Origin: an uncultured Chloroflexia bacterium
GTDB taxonomy: Bacteria > Chloroflexota > Limnocylindria > Limnocylindrales > CSP1-4
DNA: 64,000 nt
NCBI GenBank assembly: GCA_963707215.1
Contig: CAVPPB010000003.1
Span: forward strand, 704,001 to 768,000
Direction: 5' to 3'
Both the position numbers and the translations under genes were made by a program. Under the pieces are notes generated by a model. It saw only the letters and a program-made list of their open reading frames with translations, did no database searches and was not told the DNA's origin. This document shows positions 1-8,976 of the stretch, one piece after another (position 1 is the stretch's first letter; each line of letters starts with the position of its first letter).

Positions 1-1416
1 CAGGACGGCACTCCGGATCGTGATCGCCGTGTCGAGATTGCCGTCGTAGCCGAGGTACCCGACCGCCCCGCCGTAGAGCCCGCGCCGCTCGCGCTCGGCG
101 GCGGCGATCAGCTGCATCGCCCGGATCTTCGGCGCCCCGGACAGCGTCCCGGCCGGGAAGACCGCCCGGAGGGCGTCCAGCGCGTCGGCCTCGGCGCGGA
201 GCCGGCCCTCGACGTGGCTCACGAGATGGAGGACGTGGCTGTACCGCTCGACCTCCATGTACTTCGTCACGGCGACCGTGCCTGGGCGGGCGACCCGACC
301 CAGGTCGTTGCGACCCAGGTCGACGAGCATGACGTGCTCGGCCCGCTCCTTGGGGTCGCGCTTGAGCTGCTCGGCGAGGAGATCGTCTTCGACCGGCGTC
401 GCGCCGCGCGGCCGTGTGCCGGCGATGGGATGGGTCGTCATCCTGTCGCCGACGACCTGGAGGAGCAGCTCGGGCGACGCGCCGACGACCTCCAGCTCCG
501 GCAGGCGGACGAAGAATAGGTACGGGCTGGGATTGACCCGCCGCAGGGCACGGTAGATCGCCACCCCGTCGAGCCGCCGTCCGGCGGCATCGACCGGCAC
601 GTCGAAGGACTGGCGGCGGGCCAGCACGACCTGGATCGCCTCCCCAGCCGCGATGGCGTCCTTGGCGCTCTCGACGGCGCGGATGTACTCGTCGCGGCCC
701 AGGCTGGCGTCTCCCTCGCGGAGGGTCGCCCGGGGCCCGGTCGCGACGCCGGCCCCACCGAGCTCGGCGGCGGACGGTCGCGAGGTCCGCTCGAGCGCGT
801 CGAAGACGGCCCGCTCGGCGATCCGGTAGCGTCCCTCGAGGTCGGACGCCTCCGTGTGGAGCGAGGCGATCGCCGACAGCTCGTGGGTCAGGTGGTCGAA
901 GACCAGGACGAGGTCGGTCTCAAGGAACGCGACGAGCGGGACCCCGACCGGGTCGGCCGACGGCGCCACCACGGTCGGCTCGAACGAGCTGACGGCGTCG
1001 TAGGCGAGCGCCCCGACGGCGCCACCCGTGAAGCGGGGCATCCCCTCGACCGGCACGACCCGCCGGCGCGGGTTGAAGGCCCGCAGCGTGGCAAGGGGAT
1101 CCGGAGCCTCGCTCTCGTCGATCGGCAGGCCGGGGTCGTAGCGGTCGACGGTCACGGGCCGGGTCTGGGTCCGCACCGCGGTCCCACGGACCTCGAGCAG
1201 CCGCCGCGGCCCGACGCCGAGGAACGAGTAACGGCCGAGACGCTCCCCTCCCTCGACGGACTCGAGGAGGAACGCCGGGCCGCCGTCGTCCAGGCGAAGG
1301 AACGCCCCGATCGGCGTCTCGAGATCGGCCGGCCGCGAGGCGCGCAGCAGGATGGTGTCGGCGCTGCCGGCGAGACGCTTGGCCTCGGCCAGGCTGAGCG
1401 GATCGGCCATGGTCAT
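1..1416 (-). CDS. trpE: Anthranilate synthase component I (3' end runs off window)
   Basis: Manual translation of the minus strand: MTMADPLSL...DLETPIGAFLRL...FLLESVEGGERLGRYSF...NPSPY...HVMLVDLGRND...FPAGTLSGAPKIRAM...GYLGYDGNLDTAITIRS. Preceded by a Trp T-box. Start is ATG 1416 or 1410. Confidence 0.95.
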   Translation of the reverse strand, partial: MTMADPLSLAEAKRLAGSADTILLRASRPADLETPIGAFLRLDDGGPAFLLESVEGGERLGRYSFLGVGPRRLLEVRGTAVRTQTRPVTVDRYDPGLPIDESEAPDPLATLRAFNPRRRVVPVEGMPRFTGGAVGALAYDAVSSFEPTVVAPSADPVGVPLVAFLETDLVLVFDHLTHELSAIASLHTEASDLEGRYRIAERAVFDALERTSRPSAAELGGAGVATGPRATLREGDASLGRDEYIRAVESAKDAIAAGEAIQVVLARRQSFDVPVDAAGRRLDGVAIYRALRRVNPSPYLFFVRLPELEVVGASPELLLQVVGDRMTTHPIAGTRPRGATPVEDDLLAEQLKRDPKERAEHVMLVDLGRNDLGRVARPGTVAVTKYMEVERYSHVLHLVSHVEGRLRAEADALDALRAVFPAGTLSGAPKIRAMQLIAAAERERRGLYGGAVGYLGYDGNLDTAITIRSAVL

Positions 1417-1461
1417 CTGGTGCGTGGTCTCCGAGCTGCGGCCAGGGGTCGGCCCCGGTGA

Positions 1462-1760
1462 ATCAAGAACGACCGTCGTCCTCCCGGGACGAACGGTCGT
1501 GACCGTCCGCGGTGCCACCCTCGTTCGGCGGATGCCGCACTCTTCGACCGACGGGCCGCTGGGCGGCCGATCGGCGCTGCCGCTATCGCTGGCGCCTGCG
1601 CCGGAGCCTACTTTTCGTCCGTCGGTCGCCGCTGGCGGCCGACCCCGCGTTCGGTCCGGAGGCTCCCGGGTCCATTCGCCGCCGCCGCCGTCCCGGCTCG
1701 CACCAGCCGCCGGGTCTCTGGATCGGCCTGCGTCGGGTACTCGTCCCGTTCACAGCCACG
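1462..1760 (-). promoter_or_regulatory. T-box riboswitch (Trp specifier) with antiterminator/terminator
   Basis: Minus strand has the T-box AACGAGGGTGGCACCGCG (1525-1508) with downstream CGTCCC partner. Stem I has AGAGA and GCTGGTGCGA motifs and specifier GAA-TGG (TGG at 1674-1672). Terminator hairpin ACGACCGT...ACGGTCGT is followed by TCTT. Confidence 0.93.
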
Positions 1761-1819
1761 TCTTCGTGATGTGGGCGGGAGTCTAGGCGCGGCCCGCCCG
1801 GAGCGTCAAGCGCAGCGGC

Positions 1820-2086
1820 TCAGGAGAAGACCCGCGAGCAGGCGAAGCAGTACGTCCAGGCGTCGTTGGGTGCCGCGCTCCGGATGAGGGCGTGGTCGGT
1901 CGCCTGCCAGTGCCCGCGCGCGTGACGGTTCGGGGAGTCGTCGCAGCAGGCTGTCTCCCCGCAGACGAGACACTGCCGGAGATTGACCCAGCTGCTGCCG
2001 GTCTCGACACAGGACGAGCAGACATCGCTCGGCGCGGGCACTTCCCGGGCGCTCGGGGCGTGGGGACAGTCGACGGCCATGTTCAT
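1820..2086 (-). CDS. UBP-type zinc finger protein
   Basis: CPH...CSSC...WVNLRQCLVCGETACCDDSPNRHARGH...WTYCFAC matches the zf-UBP pattern. Confidence 0.88.
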   Translation of the reverse strand: MNMAVDCPHAPSAREVPAPSDVCSSCVETGSSWVNLRQCLVCGETACCDDSPNRHARGHWQATDHALIRSAAPNDAWTYCFACSRVFS

Positions 2087-2208
2087 GACTCCCTGTGATC
2101 CGCGTGGACCGCGCCGCGGTCGGTCCTCGGTGACCGATCCCAGGCACGACGCCGGCAGCCACCATACCGCGCCGCCCCGGCATGAGCACGGTGGCCCATC
2201 GTCGACGG

Positions 2209-2538
2209 TCAGGCGCTCCGCTTCCGAGGGCGGCCACGCCGATCCCGACGCTCCTCGGTCATCAGCCCGATCGCGAAGCCGTCGCCATGCTTGCGGATGG
2301 CGATCTCCTTGCCCTGCTCGCGGGCCACGCGCTGGAGGCGGCTCCGGACGGTCAAGGGCCGCTCGCCGGGTTCGAGGTCGACCTGGAAGACCTGACTGGT
2401 GTCGGTCAGCTCGGCGACGACGCCACGAAGCTTCTCGACCTCTTCGCGCCGTTTGATGGTCTCCGGGCTGAGTGGCCGCGTGCGCGCCGTTTTGACGCTC
2501 AGGATGGATGGATCGCTCAACGGCTTGATCTTCGTCAT
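2209..2538 (-). CDS. Small basic hypothetical protein with C-terminal AT-hook-like RRGRPRK motif
   Basis: ATG at 2538 preceded by GGAGG. Coding-like composition (MTKIKPLSDPS...). Ends RRDRRGRPRKRSA. Confidence 0.75.
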   Translation of the reverse strand: MTKIKPLSDPSILSVKTARTRPLSPETIKRREEVEKLRGVVAELTDTSQVFQVDLEPGERPLTVRSRLQRVAREQGKEIAIRKHGDGFAIGLMTEERRDRRGRPRKRSA

Positions 2539-2650
2539 CTGGGCCTCCGGATATCGATCGAGGTCAGCATTTCGGGTCGCTGCGTGGATGCGCCGCAATC
2601 GAAGGATAGCCGTCGAGCGGAGGATGGCACATGCCGGCAGGGATCAGCGA

Positions 2651-2738
2651 TGGCGGAGAGGGTGGGATTCGAACCCACGGAGGCTCTCGCCTCAGCGGTT
2701 TTCAAGACCGCCGCAATCGACCGCTCTGCCACCTCTCC
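2651..2738 (-). tRNA. tRNA-Ser (anticodon TGA)
   Basis: GGAGAGGTGGCAGAGCGGTCGATTGCGGCGGTCTTGAAAACCGC...GTGGGTTCGAATCCCACCCTCTCCGCCA. Long variable arm, TTCGAA T-loop, encoded CCA. Confidence 0.97.
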
Positions 2739-2769
2739 GCGACGGCCAGCATACGGTACCGTGCGGGGC

Positions 2770-3537
2770 ATGCAGGCCGACCGCCCCGCCTCGCTCGCCA
2801 TCCCCGGAGGCGCGCTCGTGACGGGTGCGGCCAGCGGGATCGGGCGGGCCATCGCCCGCCGCCTGGCTGCCGACGGGATCGTCGTCGGCGCCCTCGACAT
2901 CGTGCCGGCCGGGCTCGAGGCGACGGTCCGCGCGATCGAGGCGGAAGACGGGCGCGCCGTCGCCCTGCCGGCCGACGTCAGCGACCCGATCCGGGTCCGG
3001 GCCGCCGTCGCCGAGCTGGCCCGGGTCGCCGGCTCGAGCCCGCTCATCGCGATCCACGCGGCCGGGATCCCCGGCCGGGGCACGTTCCTCGAGACCGACG
3101 AGGGCCAGTGGGACCGGGTCCTGGCCGTCCACGTCCGCGGCGCCGAGGCGGTCGCCCGGGCGACGTTGCCGGCCATGCTCGAAGCCGGCTGGGGACGGCT
3201 GATCCTCATCGGCTCGGATGCCGCCATGACCGGCGCCGCGACGGTCCCCTACGCGACCGCGAAGGCAGCCATGGTCGGCATGACCCGGTCGCTCGCCCGA
3301 GAGGTCGCGGCGGCCGGGGTCCGGGTCAACCTCGTGGCACCGGGCCCGGTCGAGACGCCGATGCTCCTCCACGGCACCCCCGGGCAACTCGAGGCCGAGC
3401 TGGCCTTGGTCGCTCGTGGCTCGTTCCTGGCCCCCGAGGAGATCGCCGAGACGGTCGCCTTCCTCTGCGGCCCCGGCGGCGAGCCCTTCGTCGGCCAGGT
3501 GATCTCGCCGAACGGCGGCACGGCCTTCGCCGGCTAG
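2770..3537 (+). CDS. SDR family NAD(P)-dependent oxidoreductase
   Basis: ALVTGAASGIG Rossmann motif, YATAK catalytic YxxxK, VRVNLVAPGPVET. Start ATG 2770; the longer ORF overlaps the tRNA. Confidence 0.93.
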   Translation: MQADRPASLAIPGGALVTGAASGIGRAIARRLAADGIVVGALDIVPAGLEATVRAIEAEDGRAVALPADVSDPIRVRAAVAELARVAGSSPLIAIHAAGIPGRGTFLETDEGQWDRVLAVHVRGAEAVARATLPAMLEAGWGRLILIGSDAAMTGAATVPYATAKAAMVGMTRSLAREVAAAGVRVNLVAPGPVETPMLLHGTPGQLEAELALVARGSFLAPEEIAETVAFLCGPGGEPFVGQVISPNGGTAFAG

Positions 3538-3596
3538 CCCTCGCCGCGTCGTCGCCTGCGCCGAGACTCCGACCCGGGCGTCCGACGCGCCTCCCC

Positions 3597-4574
3597 TCAG
3601 AAGGCGAGGTTGCGTGGCTCGGCCAGGAGGATCGCCTCGGCCTCGTGGAAGACCCGGTTCATCGCGGCTGTCTCGACGTAGGTCATGAAGAGCCGATCGA
3701 CCGGGACGTCCTGGCGATAGAGGGCAGCCACCCGTGACGCCGGCCCACCGTCGAAGAGACTCTCGGCCACGGCCCGGTCGAAGGTCGTCGAGACGAACGT
3801 CCGGGCCGGGTGCCGTCGGAGCTCGGACTCCGAAGCGATCGCTCGCCACACTCGGACCGTCTCGTGACCGGCAGCCCGGTACAGGGCCCGGACGAAGCCC
3901 AGCCGGGCCAGGATGTGCTCGGCCCGCCGATCCTCCGACCAGGCTCCCTCGAACGTGGTCGGGTCCCGGACGATCTTGCCGTCGTAGGGGACGAGCCCGA
4001 GTCGGGCGATGACGATCCGGTGGCCCTTCACGAGCTCCCCGCTCGATGGGTTCGAGACGTAGCGATCGGCGAACGCCGCCTCGAGGTCGCCGACGCCTCG
4101 GCCGGAGAGATACCGCTCCAGCCGCTCCCAGATGCCCGGGTCACCGGTCCGTGCGTCCAGATCGAGCCCGACCGGTCGGTCGCGAAGCGCGACGGCGGCC
4201 GACCGCTCCTCGTCGGCGAGCCGACGACGGGTGCGGGCCCTGGGCCCCGGGTCGACCGCGACCCGGAATGGTCGGTCGAAGCGCTCGACGGCCGCTCGCA
4301 GCCGGTCCACCGCGGCATCGTCGAGTCGGGCGGACCCCTGCTCGAACTGGAAGTGACCGACCCGCTCCAGCTCCAGCATCCAGCGGGCGCCGACGTCTTC
4401 GAACGCCAGCACCTCTAGGACCCAGCTGCCGATCGCCTCCTCGATCGCGACCACGCGGATCGGCGTCCGACGGCCATCGAGCATCCGGCCGCGGTTGCCG
4501 ACCACCAGGAGGGCGAGCTCGCCGGGCTCGTAGGCGCTGTCGGGGGCCTGGTCCGGGTCCCGTCTGTGGATCAT
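3597..4574 (-). CDS. Hypothetical protein with putative C-terminal ADP-ribosyltransferase-like (R-S-E) domain
   Basis: Coding-like ORF from MIHRRDPDQ. C-terminal motifs VRVWRA, TFVSTTFDRAVAESLF and FHEAEAILL. Confidence 0.65.
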   Translation of the reverse strand: MIHRRDPDQAPDSAYEPGELALLVVGNRGRMLDGRRTPIRVVAIEEAIGSWVLEVLAFEDVGARWMLELERVGHFQFEQGSARLDDAAVDRLRAAVERFDRPFRVAVDPGPRARTRRRLADEERSAAVALRDRPVGLDLDARTGDPGIWERLERYLSGRGVGDLEAAFADRYVSNPSSGELVKGHRIVIARLGLVPYDGKIVRDPTTFEGAWSEDRRAEHILARLGFVRALYRAAGHETVRVWRAIASESELRRHPARTFVSTTFDRAVAESLFDGGPASRVAALYRQDVPVDRLFMTYVETAAMNRVFHEAEAILLAEPRNLAF

Positions 4575-4682
4575 CGGCCCGGCCGCGACCCGATGGGCTC
4601 GGGACCAGGGCCAGGATCGCCGCGCCACGATCGGATCGGGCGATCTCGGGCCACCGACCCGGTCATCCGGTCGGACCGGGTC

Positions 4683-5267
4683 CTAGCGGTCCTCCTGCAC
4701 GACGATGGTGCCAGCGATGAGGTCGTGCCAGCCGCGTCGTCGCGAGTCGACGAAGATCCAGATGAAGCCGATGTAGAAGACGAAGCTGTTGATCCAGTAG
4801 CCGATCAACCGGAGGACGGCCTGGCCACCGCTGATCGGGCCCCCGTCGCGGTCCCGGACGACACGAAGGCCGAAGAGACGCATCCCGGGCGTCTGGCCGC
4901 TCCGCCACCAGAACCATGGGAAGTAGCCCAGGCTGATGACGAAGATAAGGGCGAAGATCGCCACGAACGAGATGCCGGCGAAGAAGTCCATCCCCATCGA
5001 GGCCAGGAGGACCCCGATGACTCCGAGGACGAGCGACGCGGCCATGGCGATCACGAAGGCCAGGATCCCGTCGATGATGTAGGCGACGAGGCGACCGCCA
5101 TAGCCACCGTACTGGAGGCCCGGCGCAGGTCCGGTCGGTTCCGTGGGAGTGGCCCAGGCGCTCGCCTGCGGCGGCTGGGCCGGCGGTGGCTCGGTCGAGG
5201 CCGCTGCGGACGGCTGGACGGGCTCCGGCGCGGCGGCCGGAGGCTGCTGGGCGGGCTGCTGATCCAT
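4683..5267 (-). CDS. RDD family membrane protein
   Basis: GGRLVAYIIDG, GQTPGMRLFGLRVV, RRRGWHDLIAGTIVV. Pro/Gln-rich N-terminus. GGAGG RBS before ATG 5267. Confidence 0.92.
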   Translation of the reverse strand: MDQQPAQQPPAAAPEPVQPSAAASTEPPPAQPPQASAWATPTEPTGPAPGLQYGGYGGRLVAYIIDGILAFVIAMAASLVLGVIGVLLASMGMDFFAGISFVAIFALIFVISLGYFPWFWWRSGQTPGMRLFGLRVVRDRDGGPISGGQAVLRLIGYWINSFVFYIGFIWIFVDSRRRGWHDLIAGTIVVQEDR

Positions 5268-5364
5268 CGTTCCCTCCAAGGACGTCGACTCGGTGCCTCC
5301 CCGATGGTAGCGGGCCGGATGGCCGCCGGAAGGGCCCCCGTGCGGGGATCCCCCCTGGCCGGCG

Positions 5365-6681
5365 TCAGCGCTGCTCGATGACCTCCCGGCCGCCCATGTA
5401 TCGGCGCAGGACCTCGGGGATGACGACCGAACCGTCGGGCTGCTGGTACGTCTCCAGGATCGCAGCGACGGTCCGCGGGAGCGCCAGCCCGGAGCCATTG
5501 AGGGTGTGGACGAGCTCCGGCTTGGCGCCCGGCTCCGGGCGGTGACGGATCGCCATGCGGCGAGCCTGGTAGTCCCGGAAGTTCGAGCACGAACTGACCT
5601 CGAGCCAGCGCTCGACGCCGGGCGCCCAGACCTCCAGGTCGTACTTCTTGGCCTGGACGAAGCCCATCTCGCCGGTGCTCATGAGCAGCACCCGGTAGGC
5701 CAGCCCGAGCCGCTGGAGGAGGACCTCGGCGCGCGCCGTCATCCACTCGAGCGCGGCATCGGAGTCGGCCGGCCGCTCGAAGAGGACCATCTCGACCTTG
5801 TCGAACTGGTGGACCCGGAGGATGCCCCGGGTGTCCTTGCCCGCCGCCCCGGCCTCCCGCCGGAAGCACGGGCTGTAGGCCGCGTAGCGGATCGGCAGGG
5901 CGTCCGGTTCGAGGATCTCGTCGCGATGGAGGTTGGTGACCGGGACCTCGGCCGTCGGGACCAGGTAGAGGTCGTCGCGGGTGACGACGTACATCTGGTC
6001 TTCCTTGTCGGGGATCTGGCCGGTCCCCCGGGCGCTCGCCTCGTTGACGACGACCGGCGGCCAGACCTCGACGAACCCGTGCTCACGAGTGTGGACGTCG
6101 AGGAACCAGGCGATCAGCGCCCGCTGGAGCGCCGAGCCGGCGCCGAGGTAGACCGGGAAGCCAGAGCCGGCGATCTTGGCGCCACGCGGGTTGTCGATGA
6201 TCCCGAGGGCCTCCGCCAGCTCCCAGTGCGGGCGACGCCCCCAGCTGCCGGCCGGGTCGCCTCCATGGGGCAAGGGATCGCCCCAGGTCCGTACGACGAG
6301 ATTCGCCTCCTCGCCACCGACCGGGACCCCGGGGTCGGCCGGGTTCGGGATGCGCAGGAGGAGGTCCTCGAGCTCGGCTTCCAGCTCGGCGACCGCGGCG
6401 TCGGCCGCCTCGATCCGACCGCCGAGCCCGCTCGACTCTGCCCGCAGCCGGTCGACCTCCGGATCCGACTTCGGGTCGGCCCCGCCGCGGATCCGCGCCC
6501 CGATCGCTTCCGAGAGCTCGTTCCGACGCGCCTTGAGGGTGTCCCGGTCGGCCTGCTGCCGGCGGCGCTCCGCGTCGAGGGTCACGGCCCGGTCGACCAG
6601 CGAGGGATCCTCGCCCTTGTCGATGGCGCCCTGGCGGACGCGCTCGGCGTCCTCTCGGATGCGCTGCAGGCCGACGCTCAT
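5365..6681 (-). CDS. serS: Serine--tRNA ligase
   Basis: N-terminal coiled coil, LVPTAEVP, CFRREAGAAGKDTRGILRVHQFDKVE, EVSSCSNF, HTLNGSGLA. Confidence 0.98.
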   Translation of the reverse strand: MSVGLQRIREDAERVRQGAIDKGEDPSLVDRAVTLDAERRRQQADRDTLKARRNELSEAIGARIRGGADPKSDPEVDRLRAESSGLGGRIEAADAAVAELEAELEDLLLRIPNPADPGVPVGGEEANLVVRTWGDPLPHGGDPAGSWGRRPHWELAEALGIIDNPRGAKIAGSGFPVYLGAGSALQRALIAWFLDVHTREHGFVEVWPPVVVNEASARGTGQIPDKEDQMYVVTRDDLYLVPTAEVPVTNLHRDEILEPDALPIRYAAYSPCFRREAGAAGKDTRGILRVHQFDKVEMVLFERPADSDAALEWMTARAEVLLQRLGLAYRVLLMSTGEMGFVQAKKYDLEVWAPGVERWLEVSSCSNFRDYQARRMAIRHRPEPGAKPELVHTLNGSGLALPRTVAAILETYQQPDGSVVIPEVLRRYMGGREVIEQR

Positions 6682-8306
6682 GCCTCACCTCTCGGTCCGG
6701 GGACGCCGTCGCCACCAGTGTCCCACCCGGCGGCCTCTCGCAGTCGGGCGACCACGAAGCCCGGATCGAGGCTGGCCAGCAGCCAGCCGGCCCGCGGCCC
6801 GTTCGTCCGGCCCAGGAAGGCCAGGTACAGTGCCCCGAAGGCCCGGCCGGCCGGCAGGGCCGCCTCCGTCGCGACCGAGAAGATGCGGGCCTGCCAGGCC
6901 TCGCCGCTGCCGGGTGGCTCCTTCTCGGCAGCGAGGGCAAGCGCCCCCAGGTAGAGCCGCTGGTCCTCACCGAGGGCCGCGGCAGCACGGGGCAGGCGTT
7001 CCTGGACCGCGACCCGGGTCCGCTCCGGGGCGTACGTCTCGAGCCAGCGCTCGGCGGCGACGACACGCTCCCGCAGGATGGCCGTCTCGCGGTCGGTGAG
7101 GGCCGAGCCCTTCTCCGCCTCGACCCGCTCGGTGACGTCGACGCCCGGGACCTGGGCGAGCAGCGCCAGGTGCCCGAAGGCCGGTCGATAGGCTGCCGCC
7201 TCGGCAGCCACGTCCGCCGAGGGGCGCAGCAACGAGTAGCGGAAGACATGCTCATAGCCGGCCGGCAGCTCGCCCTTGACCTCCCGGCCGTCCGTCGCGG
7301 CCGCAAGGCGGTCGAACTCGTCGAAGAGCCGGGGGATGGCATCGGTGCCCTCCGGATCGAACTCGATGGCCTGGTTCGGCCGCGGTCGGACGAACAGCAG
7401 GCGGAGCTGTTCGGGAGGGACCACCTCGGCGATCCGGTGGGCCGCGGCGCCCCGGCCCTTGGACGTCGACATCTTGCGGCCGCCGATGTTCAGGAACTCG
7501 TAGGGCACGTTCAGCGGTGGCTCGCGCTCGAAGACCTCTCGGGCGATGGCGTCGGAGCGGTCGCGGGAGCCACCGGCCGTCGAGAGGTCCTTGCCCGAGG
7601 GCTCGATGGTGACCCCGAAGAGGCTCCACTGGGCGGCCCACTCGAGATTCCAGGGGAGCTTCGCCCGACCGCCGAACGGGCTGACCCAACCCGAGTGCCC
7701 GCAGCCACGCGCCCAGGTGACGAGGTCGGGTCGGCACTCGTAGAACACCCGATCGCCGTCCCACCGGGTGACGATCGTCGTCCCGACCTTCCCGCAGGAT
7801 TCGCAGACGACGCCGACCGGGTGCCAGCTCGCCGGATGCTGGACGTTGGCGACCCGTCGGTAGACCTCGCGGACGACGTCCGCACGGTCGAGGGCGGTCC
7901 GGATGAAGGCGTCCATCTGCCCGGTCGGATAGATGTCGCTCATCCAGTAGTAGCGGTCGGGCTCGATCCCGAGGCCGGCGAACGTGTCGATGAACGTCTG
8001 GGCGTGGTGCCGCGCATACGACGCGTGGCAGTCGCCCGCCTGGTCCGGCACGTGAGCGAGCGGGCGACCCATCTCTTGGTCGACCGCGTCCGGCGTCAGG
8101 AGCGCCTGGGCATCCATGGGGTCCATGTCGTCGACCCCGTAGAGGAGCGTCGTCTCCATCCCACGCGCCCGCAGGGCGCGGGTGATGACGTCGAGGATGA
8201 CCGGCCCCCGGAGGCTGCCGACATGGACGGTGCCGGATGGCGTCTTGCTGTCGTTGACGACCTGTGGCCCGACCGCCCCCGCGGCGAGCTCATCCGCCCA
8301 TTCCAT
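6678..8306 (-). CDS. lysS: Lysine--tRNA ligase, class I
   Basis: TPSGTVHVGS (HIGH-like), KMSTSKG (KMSKS-like), CESCG and C..CGH Zn sites, KLPWNLEWAAQW, LGRTNGPRAG. Confidence 0.95.
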   Translation of the reverse strand: MEWADELAAGAVGPQVVNDSKTPSGTVHVGSLRGPVILDVITRALRARGMETTLLYGVDDMDPMDAQALLTPDAVDQEMGRPLAHVPDQAGDCHASYARHHAQTFIDTFAGLGIEPDRYYWMSDIYPTGQMDAFIRTALDRADVVREVYRRVANVQHPASWHPVGVVCESCGKVGTTIVTRWDGDRVFYECRPDLVTWARGCGHSGWVSPFGGRAKLPWNLEWAAQWSLFGVTIEPSGKDLSTAGGSRDRSDAIAREVFEREPPLNVPYEFLNIGGRKMSTSKGRGAAAHRIAEVVPPEQLRLLFVRPRPNQAIEFDPEGTDAIPRLFDEFDRLAAATDGREVKGELPAGYEHVFRYSLLRPSADVAAEAAAYRPAFGHLALLAQVPGVDVTERVEAEKGSALTDRETAILRERVVAAERWLETYAPERTRVAVQERLPRAAAALGEDQRLYLGALALAAEKEPPGSGEAWQARIFSVATEAALPAGRAFGALYLAFLGRTNGPRAGWLLASLDPGFVVARLREAAGWDTGGDGVPGPRGEA

Positions 8307-8341
8307 GGCGCCCTCCGGTCCGGCGGCCCGCCCGGCCGAAG

Positions 8342-8806
8342 TCAGGCGATGCGGACGATCTTGTAGCTGAAGTCACCGGCCGGGACGCGGACGACGACGG
8401 TGTCGCCCTTCTTGCGTCCCAGCAGGGCCCGACCGACCGGGGATTCGTTGGAGATACGGCCTTCGGCGGGCCGGGCCTCGGCGGAGCCGACGATGGTGAA
8501 GACCTCCTGGCCGTCGTCGCCCTTGACCGTGACGGTCGAGCCGACCGACACGTGGTCGGTCCCGTGGTTCTCGTCGATGATCGTCGCCGACTTCAGGAGC
8601 GTCTCCAGCGTGGCGATGCGGCCCTCGACGAAGGCCTGCTCGTTCTTGGCCTCCTCGTACTCCGCGTTCTCGGTCAGGTCCCCGTGCTCCTTGGCCTCGC
8701 TGATCCGCTGGGCGACCTGCGGGCGACGGACACTGAGCATCTCGTCGAGCTCACCTCGGAGCTTCTCGGCGCCTTCTCGGGAGAGGTACGTCGGCTTGGC
8801 GTTCAC
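8342..8806 (-). CDS. greA: Transcription elongation factor GreA
   Basis: HGDLTENAEYEEAKNEQ, IVGSAEA, ISNESPVGRALLG. Confidence 0.97.
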   Translation of the reverse strand: MNAKPTYLSREGAEKLRGELDEMLSVRRPQVAQRISEAKEHGDLTENAEYEEAKNEQAFVEGRIATLETLLKSATIIDENHGTDHVSVGSTVTVKGDDGQEVFTIVGSAEARPAEGRISNESPVGRALLGRKKGDTVVVRVPAGDFSYKIVRIA

Positions 8807-8867
8807 GTGATCAGGTCCCCTGCTTGGCGACGGGTCCCGGACCTCGGTCCCCGCACCGGTGGGTCGA

Positions 8868-8918
8868 TAAGCAAAGAACTCCAGGCGATCCGCGCTGCCG
8901 GATCCGCACCTGAAGTTC
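8868..8918 (-). terminator. Intrinsic terminator-like hairpin in the greA leader
   Basis: RNA GAACUUCAGG...CCUGGAGUUC forms a 10-bp stem, extended by GAUCCG/CGGAUC and followed by UUUGCUUAU. Confidence 0.6.
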
Positions 8919-8928
8919 GGCCCGCGGA

Positions 8929-8957
8929 ATGGTAGCCCGGGGCCCCTTGGGCGTCAA
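8929..8957 (-). promoter_or_regulatory. Sigma70-type promoter for greA-lysS-serS
   Basis: TTGACG (8957-8952), 17-bp spacer, TACCAT (8934-8929). Confidence 0.7.
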
Positions 8958-8976
8958 ACGAGCGAGTGGTCCGTCG

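Noticed and set aside
2651-2738. tRNA-Ser as an integration site for a genomic island
   Set aside because: I saw no integrase, no duplicated tRNA 3' end and no compositional shift nearby.
2182-2769. N-terminal extension of the SDR ORF
   Set aside because: It overlaps tRNA-Ser and an opposite-strand gene; the SDR motif begins only after ATG 2770.
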